Of a DNA stretch of 64,000 nucleotides, positions 30,596 through 41,115 are shown piece after piece. The notes under the pieces were generated by a model, which was not told the DNA's origin, did not search any database, and saw nothing but the letters and a program-made list of their open reading frames with translations. Within the stretch, counting starts at the first letter, position 1; each line of letters starts with the position of its first letter. The DNA comes from an uncultured Heliobacteriaceae bacterium (GTDB taxonomy: Bacteria > Acidobacteriota > Blastocatellia > RBC074). The position numbers were made by a program, and so were the translations under genes. The stretch is taken from the NCBI GenBank assembly GCA_964631865.1, contig CAZWAK010000015.1:89-64088 (forward strand), written 5' to 3'.

Positions 30596-31915
30596 ATGAA
30601 ATTGAGCATTTTTGGTCTGGGTTATGTCGGGTGCGTGTCCGCCGCGTGTTTCGCTGCGGCGGGACACGATGTGCTGGGTGTAGACGTCAATCAAGTGAAG
30701 GTGGACATCATCAACGGCGGTCTCAGCCCGATAGTCGAACCGGGCGTGGATGATCTGATCGCTGCGGCTGTGAAAGAACAACGACTGCGCGCGACGACCG
30801 ATGTGGCGCAGGCGGTCGCGGACTCCGATGTGTCGCTAATTTGCGTTGGCACGCCGAGCAATCATAACGGCAGCCTCGACCTGCGCTATATCAAGCGCGT
30901 GTGCCAGGAAATCGGCGCGGCGCTGGAGAAAAAGCAAAGCTATCACATCGTTGCCATTCGCAGCACGATGCTGCCCGGCACGATTGCCAGCCTCGTCACG
31001 CCGACGCTCGAAGTTTATTCGGGCAAACGCGCGGGACGGGATTTTGGCGTCGCCATCAATCCAGAATTCCTGCGCGAAGGCACTTCGATTCACGACTTCA
31101 ATCATCCGCCGTTCACGCTCATCGGCGCGGACGACGAAGACGCGGCGGCTCCGCTCCGACGGCTCTACGCGCATTTGGACGCGGCAGTGCTGACCGTCGG
31201 GATCAAGGAAGCCGAGATGGTCAAGTATGCGTGCAACTCGTTCCACGCGGTGAAAGTGACGTTTGCGAATGAAATCGGGATGCTGGCCAAAGCTCTCGGC
31301 GTGGACAGTCATCGCGTGATGGAAGTCTTCTGCCAGGACACGAAGCTGAACCTCTCGCCGTATTACTTGAAACCGGGCTTCGCGTTCGGCGGCTCGTGTT
31401 TGCCGAAAGATTTGCGCGCACTGAATCACAAGGCGAAAGAACTCGATGTGGATTTGCCGATGCTCAGTTCGGTGTTGCCGAGCAATCAATTTCAGATTGA
31501 GCGCGTCGTCGAGATGGTGTTGCGCACGGGGCGCAAGAAAGTCGGACTGCTCGGTTTGAGCTTCAAACCCAACACCGATGACTTGCGCGAAAGCCCGCTC
31601 GTGACGTTGGTCGAGCGGTTGCTGGGCAAAGGCTTGAAGCTTTCGATCTATGACCGCGAAGTCGAATTGGCGCGCTTGTTCGGCGCGAACAAAGAATTCA
31701 TCGAAAACGAAATCCCGCATATTTCTTCGCTGATGTGCAAGGACTTGCAGGACGTCGTGGATCACTCGGAAGTCCTCATCATCGGCAAGAAAGACGAAGA
31801 GTTTCGCAAGATCGTCGAAGCCAACGGGCGCTTGATGATTGACCTCGTGCGGCTGACCGAGCGCCCCGACGGAAAAGAAGACAAGCAGGAAAATTATCAC
31901 GGCATTTGCTGGTAA
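30596..31915 (+). CDS. GDP-mannose 6-dehydrogenase (AlgD-like nucleotide-sugar dehydrogenase)
   Basis: MKLSIFGLGYVGCVSAACFAAAGHDVLGVDVNQVKVDIINGGLSPIVEPG.. is near-collinear with AlgD of P. aeruginosa. Catalytic GFAFGGSCLPKD. C-terminal ..HGICW. Confidence 0.85.
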   Translation: MKLSIFGLGYVGCVSAACFAAAGHDVLGVDVNQVKVDIINGGLSPIVEPGVDDLIAAAVKEQRLRATTDVAQAVADSDVSLICVGTPSNHNGSLDLRYIKRVCQEIGAALEKKQSYHIVAIRSTMLPGTIASLVTPTLEVYSGKRAGRDFGVAINPEFLREGTSIHDFNHPPFTLIGADDEDAAAPLRRLYAHLDAAVLTVGIKEAEMVKYACNSFHAVKVTFANEIGMLAKALGVDSHRVMEVFCQDTKLNLSPYYLKPGFAFGGSCLPKDLRALNHKAKELDVDLPMLSSVLPSNQFQIERVVEMVLRTGRKKVGLLGLSFKPNTDDLRESPLVTLVERLLGKGLKLSIYDREVELARLFGANKEFIENEIPHISSLMCKDLQDVVDHSEVLIIGKKDEEFRKIVEANGRLMIDLVRLTERPDGKEDKQENYHGICW

Positions 31916-31919
31916 ACGC

Positions 31920-33467
31920 ATGAACCCAACAGAGGTCACAACTGAAAAGACCGAAGCGCCCCAGCAAGGACTGACGCAGCGCGCGGCGTTGTTGATGGTG
32001 GCGAATGTGGTCGCCACGGCCATCACCGTCGCCTTGCCGTTGGTGTTGGTGCGGACGATGAGTCAGACAGATTACGGGCTGTACCGACAAGCGTTCCAGA
32101 TTATGACGACCGCGCTCACGCTGCTGAATTTACAGGTCGCCGTCAGCGTCTTCTATTTTTCCGCGCGCGAGCCGGAGAAGAAATTGCAGGTGGCGCTGAA
32201 CGTGATGATCTTCTACAGCCTCGTCGGCGCGCTGGTCTTTCTCACGTTTCTGTTTTGGCCGAGTTGGGTGACGTTAATTTTTCAAGGCGCGGAGTTAGTG
32301 CCGCACGTGCCGCTGTTGGGCTTGGCGATTCTGTGTTCGCTCGTTTCGACGAACTTGGATGCGATTCCGATTGCCGCGGGTGATGTCGCCAAAGCGTCGG
32401 CGCTGATCGTGCTTGCGCAACTCTCGAAAGCGATTGTGATGATCGTCGCGGCGCTGGTCTTCGGCAGCCTCACCGCGATTCTGATTGCGTCGGTGCTTCA
32501 GAGCCTCGCACAGATCGCGTTCATGCTGATCTACATTCGCGGGCGCTACGGGCGCTGCTTCGCGGCGTTTGAGTGGCCGCTTTTCAAAGCGCAGATCGGC
32601 AATGCGTTGCCGTTCGGCATCGGCGGCATTGTGGCCATTGTGCAAAACGACATGCACAACTATTTCGTGTCGCATCACTTCGATCCGGCCACGTTTGCCG
32701 TGTACGCGATTGGCTGTTTTCAATTGCCGATTCTGGGGATGCTCGCCGGGTCGTTTGCCAGCGCGTTGAATCCTGAACTGGCCGCGCATAAAGAGGCGCG
32801 GGATAAGCGGGCGATCATCAAACTCTGGATGGAAGTGATCGGCAAGCTGGCGTTTTTCTTTGTGCCGATGTTCGCCGCGTTGCTGGTGTTGCGACGGGAA
32901 TTCATCACGGCGCTGTTCACGGCGGACTACGTGGCTTCCGTGCCGATCTTCGCGCTCAATTTGTTCAGCATCCTGGCCGGGACGTTGGTTCACATGCATA
33001 TTTTGCGGCTCTTCGAGGAACTCAAATATTTTCGCTTGAAGCTGTATTTAGTGCTTGTTCCCGTGACGTGGGGCGCGCTTTCGCTCGGCTTGCATTGGCG
33101 TGGGTTGATGGGCGTGGCGCTGGCGGCGGTCGGCATGCAAATGCTCGATCTGGGGCTGACGCTGGCGCGCATCAATCGGGAGTTGAAAGTGACGCGGCGC
33201 GACTTGCGTGCGTTGGCTTCCGTGCTGCGGGCGACCGCCGCAGCGGTTGTGGCGGCGCTCCTGACGCTGGGCGTCAAATCGTTGTTGCCGCCTGCGCCGC
33301 CGCTCGTGATCTTTTTGCTCTGCGGGGCACTGTTCGGGTTGGTTTACTTGTTGACGGCGTTTGCCGTTGGGGCTGTGAGCGCCGAGGAAAAGGCGCTTTT
33401 GCGCAAGCTTTGGCACAAGCTCACGCGCCATCGGTTGCTGCGGGTTTCTTCGGCAACGGAATGTTAA
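31920..33467 (+). CDS. Wzx-like oligosaccharide flippase (MOP/polysaccharide biosynthesis protein family)
   Basis: 515 aa, about 12-14 TM helices. The 'polysacc_synt' family architecture. Confidence 0.78.
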   Translation: MNPTEVTTEKTEAPQQGLTQRAALLMVANVVATAITVALPLVLVRTMSQTDYGLYRQAFQIMTTALTLLNLQVAVSVFYFSAREPEKKLQVALNVMIFYSLVGALVFLTFLFWPSWVTLIFQGAELVPHVPLLGLAILCSLVSTNLDAIPIAAGDVAKASALIVLAQLSKAIVMIVAALVFGSLTAILIASVLQSLAQIAFMLIYIRGRYGRCFAAFEWPLFKAQIGNALPFGIGGIVAIVQNDMHNYFVSHHFDPATFAVYAIGCFQLPILGMLAGSFASALNPELAAHKEARDKRAIIKLWMEVIGKLAFFFVPMFAALLVLRREFITALFTADYVASVPIFALNLFSILAGTLVHMHILRLFEELKYFRLKLYLVLVPVTWGALSLGLHWRGLMGVALAAVGMQMLDLGLTLARINRELKVTRRDLRALASVLRATAAAVVAALLTLGVKSLLPPAPPLVIFLLCGALFGLVYLLTAFAVGAVSAEEKALLRKLWHKLTRHRLLRVSSATEC

Positions 33468-33471
33468 TGAC

Positions 33472-34941
33472 ATGAGTGTTTGGAGTGACAAATCAGATGA
33501 TCTTGCCTCGCGCGTCGGCGTGTTGTTTCAACGTCCGCGACAAGCGCGCATGTTTGCGCCGCGCCCAACAGCGGACACTGCTGCGACGACGGCACAGAAC
33601 CGCACGGAAGAGCGCAGCAATGGGAAGCACCGCTGGGCGTTCGCGGGTCTCTATCTGGTGATGTCGCTGGTGTACTTTCGCCCACAGGAAGTGCTGCCGG
33701 ATGTGTTTGGCGAGGCCCCATTGGTCAAGGTGGCGACCATCGTGACGATTGTCTTATACCTCTTCTCCAAAATTGCCGCGTCTGAGCGAATCGTTAGCTG
33801 GCCTTTGGAAATGAAGATGGTCGTGCTGATGTGGACGTTGGGCGTGCTCTTCTGGCCTATCGCCGTTTCGCCGCAGGACAGCTTCAATGTGTTGTTCGAT
33901 CCGTTTATCAAAACGATCATCGTCTTCGTTATGCTGCTTGGGCTGGTGGACACGCGCCAACGATTGCGGCGGTTGTTCGCCATCATGGTGTTTGGCCAGG
34001 TGATGTATGCCCTCAGCGCGATTAAGACGTTTCTGGAAGGCGGCTACAGCGAAGCCGCATCCTTTCACCAGCGCATTGCGGGCTGGGGCGTCACCTACGC
34101 CAACCCGAACGATTTGGCTTCGGTACTGAATCTGATTCTGCCCTTTGCCGTGTGCTTTGGCTTGACGCGGCAGAAACTGGTGCGGCCCGTCTACTTTGCC
34201 TTTGCGGCGCTTTCAGCGGTCGGCGTCTTCGTCACCTTCTCGCGTAGCGGCTTCATTGGATTGGTGATTGTCAGCGTCTTCTTAGTTTGGAAACTCTCGC
34301 GGGGCTATCGCGTGCGTGTTTTGCTGGGGGCTTTGTTGGTGTCGGCGGTATTGGTCGCGGCGCTGCCGGGCCGCTATGTGGCGCGACTTTCCACCATCGT
34401 CAACCCGGAGGCGGATGCGACGCACTCGGCGCAGGAACGCCGGAAGTTGCTGGAACGCGCGGTAGAAGTGGCCGTGAAACGCGCTGTCGTTGGCATTGGC
34501 GTGGGCAATTTTCATATTTTCTCCGTCAACGAACGGGTGGCGCACAATTCGTATCTGGAAACGGCGGCGGAACTGAGCGTCATTGGTTTGATCGCTTACC
34601 TGATACTGATTTTCGCGCCTTTTCGGTCGCTGCGGCGCATTGAACACGAGACGTACAAGAATGGCCCCCACCCGGATTGGGAGGCCTACATCATCAGTAT
34701 CTGTCTGCAAGCCTCAATGGTCGCCTACATCGTCTATGGTTTCTTCGGCTCAGTGCAATATCTCAATTTCCTGTATTTCGGCGTCGCGTACATCGTGACG
34801 TTCCGACAAATCTACACAGCGGAAAAGGAGAAGAAGGAGATTGCGAAAGCCGTCGCGGAGGCCAGCACTTCTTTGACGAAGGGTGTTCTGTGGCACTCAC
34901 CGCAAGAGAAGCGCCTGCAACTCACCAGCGGTACGCAATAA
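33472..34941 (+). CDS. O-antigen-ligase-like/Wzy-type polymerase (PEP-CTERM-locus O-antigen ligase-like)
   Basis: Multi-TM protein with Wzy_C-like loop (FVTFSRSGFIGL ... ERVAHNSYLETAAE). Confidence 0.78.
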   Translation: MSVWSDKSDDLASRVGVLFQRPRQARMFAPRPTADTAATTAQNRTEERSNGKHRWAFAGLYLVMSLVYFRPQEVLPDVFGEAPLVKVATIVTIVLYLFSKIAASERIVSWPLEMKMVVLMWTLGVLFWPIAVSPQDSFNVLFDPFIKTIIVFVMLLGLVDTRQRLRRLFAIMVFGQVMYALSAIKTFLEGGYSEAASFHQRIAGWGVTYANPNDLASVLNLILPFAVCFGLTRQKLVRPVYFAFAALSAVGVFVTFSRSGFIGLVIVSVFLVWKLSRGYRVRVLLGALLVSAVLVAALPGRYVARLSTIVNPEADATHSAQERRKLLERAVEVAVKRAVVGIGVGNFHIFSVNERVAHNSYLETAAELSVIGLIAYLILIFAPFRSLRRIEHETYKNGPHPDWEAYIISICLQASMVAYIVYGFFGSVQYLNFLYFGVAYIVTFRQIYTAEKEKKEIAKAVAEASTSLTKGVLWHSPQEKRLQLTSGTQ

Positions 34942-34972
34942 GTTTGTGCGCCGCGCAAGTTTTACGATTGGT

Positions 34973-36376
34973 ATGAGCAATTTGGCTAGAACAACTCGTG
35001 ACTGGTTATCCCGTCGGGCGTTAGTGCCCTCGACGCACTTGTTGCAGATGGTGCGCGGTGCGCGCCACGAGCGCGCTGTGTACTTCACCGGTCTGCGCTT
35101 TCGGCGCGAAACTGCCGGGTGGAACCGCGATCAGAAGATGGCGTGGATGCTCGACCGCTTGCGCTTTTCGGTGCGTCGCGCCTATCGCGAAACAAATTAC
35201 TACCGCGAACAATTTGATCGCATCGGTTTTGACCCGCGCGCCGATTTTGGCTTTGCCGACTTCGCGCATTTGCCTGCGCTCGGTCGTGAAGACATCCATC
35301 GGGCGGGACAACAACTGGTCTCGAACGCCGTTCCGCGCGAACTGTTGCAACGCGATGCGACGGGCGGATCGAGCGGCACGCCGACTGAAATTTGGCTCGG
35401 CCCCGAAGAACGTGGCTGGCGCGAAAGTTCCGGCGAGACGTTTATGCGACGACTGGGGCTGCCGCTCGGCACGCGGATGGGCTATTTCTGGGGACATCAT
35501 CTCGATCCGTTGATGACCGACAGCTTGCGGATGCGACTGCATTGCTTCATCAACAACACGAAGACCTTCAATTGTTTTCGGCTCTCGCCTGAAGTGTTCG
35601 AGAGCTATCACCAGGAATTCGAGCGGTGGCGTCCGACCTGCATTGTGGCGTATGCCGCCGCGCTCGGTCATTTCGCCGAATATGTGTTGGAGCGGGGCTA
35701 CCAGCCGAACTACCCGACGAAGTGTTTCGTGACGGGGGCGGAGAAGCTCGTGCCGCAGCATCGCGAGTTGATCGAAGCCGCGTTTGGCAAGCCCGTTCAC
35801 GAACGCTATGGCAGCCGCGATGTGGGCTACATTGCGTACCAAATGAACCCGGCGCAATCGTACGACTTTGAAATTGATTGGGCGGATTTGCTGCTCGAAC
35901 CGGAAACGCCCATTGAACCGGGAGCTGAGCGGTCATCCATCCTCGTCACGAAGCTGCACGCCGATGGCATGCCGATGCTGCGCTATCGCATTGACGATGT
36001 CGGGCATTTCCCGACGGACAGTCGCGCCGGGCATCCGACGTTTTTCCTGCACGAAGTCGTCGGGCGCGTGACGGACGGCGTTTGGCTGCCGGATGGGCGC
36101 TGGATTCACGGCATCGAGTTTCCGCACCTGCTGAAAGATCACCCGGTGCGCGAATTTATGTTGCTGCAACGCCCGGATTATTCCGTGCGCCTGATGATCG
36201 TGCCGAAGAACGGCTTCGGCGCAGAGAGCCAGCACAAGATCGAAAACATCGTGACGGCCAATTTGCCCGGCCTCGACGTGAAGGTCGAAGTCGTTGAGGA
36301 AGTGCCGCGCACCAAAGCCCGCAAATGGCGACCAGTCGTCAGCGAAGTGAAATCGGCGAAAGGAGTCCTGCAATGA
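34973..36376 (+). CDS. Phenylacetate-CoA-ligase family adenylate-forming enzyme (PaaK/CapK/F390-synthetase-like)
   Basis: TGGSSGTPTEIW adenylation P-loop. PaaK-like C-terminal domain. Start at MSNLARTTRD (ATG 34973). Confidence 0.78.
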   Translation: MSNLARTTRDWLSRRALVPSTHLLQMVRGARHERAVYFTGLRFRRETAGWNRDQKMAWMLDRLRFSVRRAYRETNYYREQFDRIGFDPRADFGFADFAHLPALGREDIHRAGQQLVSNAVPRELLQRDATGGSSGTPTEIWLGPEERGWRESSGETFMRRLGLPLGTRMGYFWGHHLDPLMTDSLRMRLHCFINNTKTFNCFRLSPEVFESYHQEFERWRPTCIVAYAAALGHFAEYVLERGYQPNYPTKCFVTGAEKLVPQHRELIEAAFGKPVHERYGSRDVGYIAYQMNPAQSYDFEIDWADLLLEPETPIEPGAERSSILVTKLHADGMPMLRYRIDDVGHFPTDSRAGHPTFFLHEVVGRVTDGVWLPDGRWIHGIEFPHLLKDHPVREFMLLQRPDYSVRLMIVPKNGFGAESQHKIENIVTANLPGLDVKVEVVEEVPRTKARKWRPVVSEVKSAKGVLQ

Positions 36377-37824
36377 AAGAAGCACGAGCAGAAAAGCTTC
36401 CGAGCCTGTTAGAAGACGCGCGGGTCGCAGCGGCGGCGCTGTCTGCGTACGACTCCAATTTGGTGGAAGAATCGTTGGCGCGCGTAACGACCGAGTTGGG
36501 TTGGAGCGACGACCGCGGCCCGTTTGGCAAGGTGATTCCGGCGCGCGCGCGCGTGCTGGTCAAACCCAATCTCGTGCTGCACGAAAATCAAGGGCCGTGG
36601 GGCATGGAACCGGTTGTGACGAATCTCGCGCTGATCCGTGTGGTCGTGGAAGCCGCGTTGCGCGCCGGGGCGGCAGAAGTTTTGGTTGGCGATGCGCCGT
36701 TGCAGGGCTGCGATTTTGAGCGCCTTTTGCGCGTGACAGGGATGGCCGAATGGGCCGCGCAGTTGATGCAACGCGAGCCGCGCTTCAAAGGCATCCGCGA
36801 CTTTCGCCGCACAACCTGTGTGTTTGTGAACGGCGTGCGACAGGCCAGCGAAGGCTTGCAGACGGAAGATCATTTCACCCTGTTTGATTTGGGCGCGAAC
36901 AGTCTGCTGGAACCGATCACGAATGACCGCGCGCCGTTTCGCGTTACCTGTTACGACCCGCGTTTGCTGGCACGCACGCACGCGCCGGGACGGCATCAGT
37001 ATCTGGTTGCGCGCGAAATCGTCGAAGCCAATGTCGTCATCAATTTGCCCAAGCTGAAAACGCATAAAAAAGCCGGCATCACCAACGCGCTCAAAAATCT
37101 GATTGGGATCAACGGCAACAAAGAATATCTGCCGCATCATCGCGTCGGCGGAACAACGGCAGATGGGAGTGGCGGTGACTGTTACCCCAAACGCAATCCG
37201 CTCAAACGAGCGATTGAATATGCCTCTGACCGCGAATATATGACCCCGTCGTTCAGCGCCGCGCGTGCCTGGCACAGCGTCGGGAAACAGTTTGATCGAG
37301 CGGCGCGTTTGCTCGGCGATCAACTCGGCGTGGAAGGGTCGTGGTCGGGTAACGACACGATTTGGCGCACCTGTTTAGACCTCAATCGCATTCTGTTGTA
37401 TGGCCGTGCGGACGGCACGATGAGCGACGAACCGCAGCGCCAGATATTGCATGTCGTGGATGCGGTGGTGGCCGGGCAGGGCGATGGCCCGTTGGCTCCC
37501 GAACCGCTGCCGCTGGGGCTGCTTTTGGCGGGACAGAATGCCGCCGCCGTAGATTGGGTGGGTGCGTTTTTGTTGGGCTACGAACCAGAGCGGGTTCCTC
37601 TAACCCGCGAGGCCTTTGGGAATTTTCCCTGGCCGCTTACCACCTTCCCCGCGATAGAGGTCAGGTTCCTGAGGGGGTGGAGGAAACACGAAAAAGCTTT
37701 CGAAGCAGGGGGCCTTACCTTGCCAGTTAAGCATCCCATTGGCTGGCGTGACGCTGCACGCTCCGCTTCGAGAGAGGATGAAACTATTTATGCTGAAGAA
37801 GTTGAAGCAAGTGACTTTGGGTAG
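36373..37824 (+). CDS. DUF362-domain protein
   Basis: ARVLVKPNLVLHENQGPWG ... TNLALIRVVVEAALRAGAAEVLVGDAP is a DUF362-like core. AAGGAG RBS. The start overlaps the previous stop (ATGA). Confidence 0.6.
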   Translation: MKEARAEKLPSLLEDARVAAAALSAYDSNLVEESLARVTTELGWSDDRGPFGKVIPARARVLVKPNLVLHENQGPWGMEPVVTNLALIRVVVEAALRAGAAEVLVGDAPLQGCDFERLLRVTGMAEWAAQLMQREPRFKGIRDFRRTTCVFVNGVRQASEGLQTEDHFTLFDLGANSLLEPITNDRAPFRVTCYDPRLLARTHAPGRHQYLVAREIVEANVVINLPKLKTHKKAGITNALKNLIGINGNKEYLPHHRVGGTTADGSGGDCYPKRNPLKRAIEYASDREYMTPSFSAARAWHSVGKQFDRAARLLGDQLGVEGSWSGNDTIWRTCLDLNRILLYGRADGTMSDEPQRQILHVVDAVVAGQGDGPLAPEPLPLGLLLAGQNAAAVDWVGAFLLGYEPERVPLTREAFGNFPWPLTTFPAIEVRFLRGWRKHEKAFEAGGLTLPVKHPIGWRDAARSASREDETIYAEEVEASDFG

Positions 37825-38872
37825 CTTGAAAACCGTTGGTGCATTTTCTCTCATGCAGGACAGCAAATGGCGACGAGGCCGCTTGTTGATCCTCGCCTAT
37901 CACGGGCTTTCTTTGAAGGACGAGCATGAGTGGGATCCGGACTTGTACATGTCGCCGGACTACTTTTACTCCCGCTTGAAAATGCTCAAAAAGTTCGGAT
38001 GCAACGTGTTGCCCCTGGAGGAGGCGCTCCAACGCTTGTATGCCCATGATTTGCCGGAACATTGCGTGGCCCTGACGTTCGATGACGGCTATTACAATTT
38101 TTATAAGCTGGCGCATCCCATGCTGAAAGAGTTCAACTTTCCCGTCACCCTGTATCTGGCGACGTCTTACGTGCATCGCAATCAACCGATGATCCATACG
38201 ATGTACTCGTACTTGCTGTGGCGGGGACGGAAGGAAAGGCTCAATTTACGGGCGCTGACAGGGCAGGAAGGAGAGTTTGTGCTGGCCGATGGCGCGGCGC
38301 GCGCCCTTGTCCAGCAACGGCTGATGGCGTTTGTCCGGCGCGAGAATTTATCCGCCGACGAACAAAATGCGCTGGCGGGTAAATTAGCCCAGCACCTCAA
38401 AATTGATTACGAGGCGCTGTGTAGCAGGCGAAAACTCCATCTGCTAACTGCGGCGGAAGTGCAGCAATTAGCAGCGGAAGGCGTAGACATCCAGTTGCAT
38501 ACGCATCATCACGACTTGCCCCTGAATTATGAATTATTCAATCGGGAAATCGAGGACAACCGAACCAGCATTCAAGAGATGACCAAACAGAATGCCACTC
38601 ATTTTTGTTACCCCAATGGCTTATTCAGCCGGGAGTTTCTGCCCTGGCTGGAGCGCTTGGGCATTCAATCTGCCACCACCTGTGAGCCGGGCTTTGCCAC
38701 CCCTCAGACGGATCGTTTGTTGTTGCCTCGGTTGGTTGATCATACGGTGTTATCGCCAATTGAGTTCGAGGGTTGGTTGACCGGTGTGTCGGCGTCGCTG
38801 CCCCGCCGCCATCACATCTACAACCCGCCCCTCACGGTTCCAGGAAAAGAAGAAAGGATCGAAGCACGGTGA
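37791..38872 (+). CDS. Polysaccharide deacetylase (CE4)
   Basis: ALTFDDGYYNFYKLAHPML.. and DIQLHTHHHD motifs. Confidence 0.75.
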
Positions 38873-40041
38873 AATTCAGAGTGCTCCAACTAATCGGTAA
38901 TTTGTATCCAGGCGGGTCAGAGCTTCAGGCGGCGCAATTGACGCGGCTCCTGACTGAAAGCGGGCGCTATGAGGTGTTTGTGGCCTGCATGGATACGCGC
39001 GGGTCGTTGCGAGAGGAATTCCAGGCCATGGGATTTCACGACATTCCCGCCTTCTCCATCAGAAGGTTTTACGATCACACGATGCTCAGGCAACAACTTC
39101 GTTTTGCCCGGTTTCTCAAAAAGAATCGGATAGATGTGGTGCAGACCCACGACTTCTATACGAACGTTTTCGGAATGACGGGGGCCGCGTTGGCGGGCGT
39201 GCCCGTGCGGATTGCGGCGCGGCGTGAGACCACCAGTTTGCGCAGCCCGGCCCAAAAATTTGTCGAACGACGGGCCTATCAACTGGCGCAGGCGATTGTC
39301 ACCAATGGGCAGATCGTGCGGCAACATCTGATCGCGGAAGGCGTTAATAGCGAGAAAGTCGTGACTATCTACAACGGCTTGCCGCGGGAGCGCGTGACCA
39401 CCCAAAAGGATCGGGAAACCGTTCTGCGGATGTTCAATTTGCCGCTCGACGAGTCGTGCCGCTTCGTCACCATCCTGGCGAATCTGTTACATCCGGTCAA
39501 AGATCATCCGACGTTTTTGCGTGCGGCGCAGCGGGTTCATCAGGTGCTTCCCGACGCCCGCTTTGTGCTGGCGGGGCAAGGTCATCTCACGGAGCCGATG
39601 CGGGCTTTGGCGCATGAACTGGGGTTGGCGGGCAAGGTCTTTTTCACCGGGCCTTGTGAACATGTGGCGGAGTTGCTCTCTATTTCGGATGTTTGTGTGT
39701 TGAGTTCGTTGGCGGAAGGGTTTTCCAACTCCATTCTCGAATACATGGGGGCGGGACGTCCCGTCGTCGCCACGAACGTCGGGAGCGCGAAGGAAGTCGT
39801 GATTGAAGGAGAAACGGGCTATCTCGTCACCCCCGGTGATGACGAAACGATGGCCGCGCGCATTATCCGGCTTTTGCGCGACACCGCGCATGCCCGGATG
39901 TTAGGCCGCCAAGGGCAGCAGGTTGTCGCCGAAGGATTTTCCACCACCGCGCAACTCACGCGGACGGAGGAACTGTATGAGCGTTTGTTGTCGCGCCGCA
40001 AGGCCGTGAACGACAAAAAACTGTTACCCCTTATTGATTGA
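38869..40041 (+). CDS. Family-4 glycosyltransferase (GT-B, glycosyl transferases group 1)
   Basis: FRVLQLIGNLYPGGSE.. N-terminus. C-terminal EGFSNSILEYMGAGRPVVATNVGSAKEVV (E-x7-E region). Likely GTG start at 38869, overlapping the previous stop. Confidence 0.78.
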   Translation: MKFRVLQLIGNLYPGGSELQAAQLTRLLTESGRYEVFVACMDTRGSLREEFQAMGFHDIPAFSIRRFYDHTMLRQQLRFARFLKKNRIDVVQTHDFYTNVFGMTGAALAGVPVRIAARRETTSLRSPAQKFVERRAYQLAQAIVTNGQIVRQHLIAEGVNSEKVVTIYNGLPRERVTTQKDRETVLRMFNLPLDESCRFVTILANLLHPVKDHPTFLRAAQRVHQVLPDARFVLAGQGHLTEPMRALAHELGLAGKVFFTGPCEHVAELLSISDVCVLSSLAEGFSNSILEYMGAGRPVVATNVGSAKEVVIEGETGYLVTPGDDETMAARIIRLLRDTAHARMLGRQGQQVVAEGFSTTAQLTRTEELYERLLSRRKAVNDKKLLPLID

Positions 40042-40048
40042 CTCGCGT

Positions 40049-41089
40049 ATGAAAGTTTTGCTCATGGGGCCGTACCCACCGCCACACGGCGGCGTGCAAA
40101 CAAATTTGGTAGCCATTCGGCGCTATTTGCTGGCGCGCGGCATTCCGTGTGCTGTCATCAACCTGACACGGCATCGCGGCCCGGAGAAAGACGACATCTA
40201 CTTCCCGGAAAACCCGTTGGAAGTCGTCCGGCTGCTGCGGCGGTTGGACTACGACATCATTCATTTGCACTTCGGCGGCAATCTGTCGTTGCGCCTGATT
40301 TTATTGGCGTTCGTTTGTACTTTGATGCCGCGCCGCAAAACCGTACTCACGTTTCATTCGGGCGGTTATCCGAGTTCCGAAGCGGGGCAAAGCGCGCGAC
40401 CCGGCACACTGCGCGGCTTCGTGCTGCGACGGTTTGATCGGCTCATCGCAGTCAATCAGGAGTTGGTGGAACTCTTCGAGCGCTTCGGCGTCGCACCGAA
40501 CCGCATACGCTTGATTTTGCCACACGCGATTGCACTGGATTCGATTGAAGAAACCTTGCCCGAACCGTTGGCGCGCTTTTTTCAACGGCACGATCCGGCG
40601 TTGGTTACAGTCAGCGGTCTGGAGCCGGAATATGAAATTCCGCTGCAAATCGAAACGCTCGGTACGGTGCGGCAACGCTTTCCCAACGCGGGGTTGGCGA
40701 TCATCGGCGCGGGCAGTCAGGAAGCCGAGGTGCGGCAGCAAATTCAAAGCAAGCCGTATGCGGAAAACATTTTGCTCTGCGGCGATGTGCCGCACGCGAT
40801 CACATTGCGCGTGTTGGCCGAGAGCGATTTGTCGCTGCGCACCACGCTCTATGACGGCGATTCGATTTCGGTGCGCGAAGCCTTGCTGATCGGCACGCCC
40901 GTCATTGCGACCGACAACGGAATGCGCCCGCAAGGAACACATCTGGTTCCGTGTTCTGACCCGCAGGCGCTGAGTCAGGCGATTGAACGTGTCTTGACGC
41001 AAGTCCCGCGTCGCCAATCGCAAGGCGACACGGGCGAGAAGAATATCGAAGAAGTCTTTCGGCTCTATCAGGAGTTGCTCAAACCGTGA
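40049..41089 (+). CDS. Family-4 glycosyltransferase
   Basis: MKVLLMGPYPPPHGGVQT.. and C-terminal ..SVREALLIGTPVIATDNG. Confidence 0.78.
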   Translation: MKVLLMGPYPPPHGGVQTNLVAIRRYLLARGIPCAVINLTRHRGPEKDDIYFPENPLEVVRLLRRLDYDIIHLHFGGNLSLRLILLAFVCTLMPRRKTVLTFHSGGYPSSEAGQSARPGTLRGFVLRRFDRLIAVNQELVELFERFGVAPNRIRLILPHAIALDSIEETLPEPLARFFQRHDPALVTVSGLEPEYEIPLQIETLGTVRQRFPNAGLAIIGAGSQEAEVRQQIQSKPYAENILLCGDVPHAITLRVLAESDLSLRTTLYDGDSISVREALLIGTPVIATDNGMRPQGTHLVPCSDPQALSQAIERVLTQVPRRQSQGDTGEKNIEEVFRLYQELLKP

Positions 41090-41115
41090 TGGTGCAAGTT
41101 TAGAGGAATGATTTT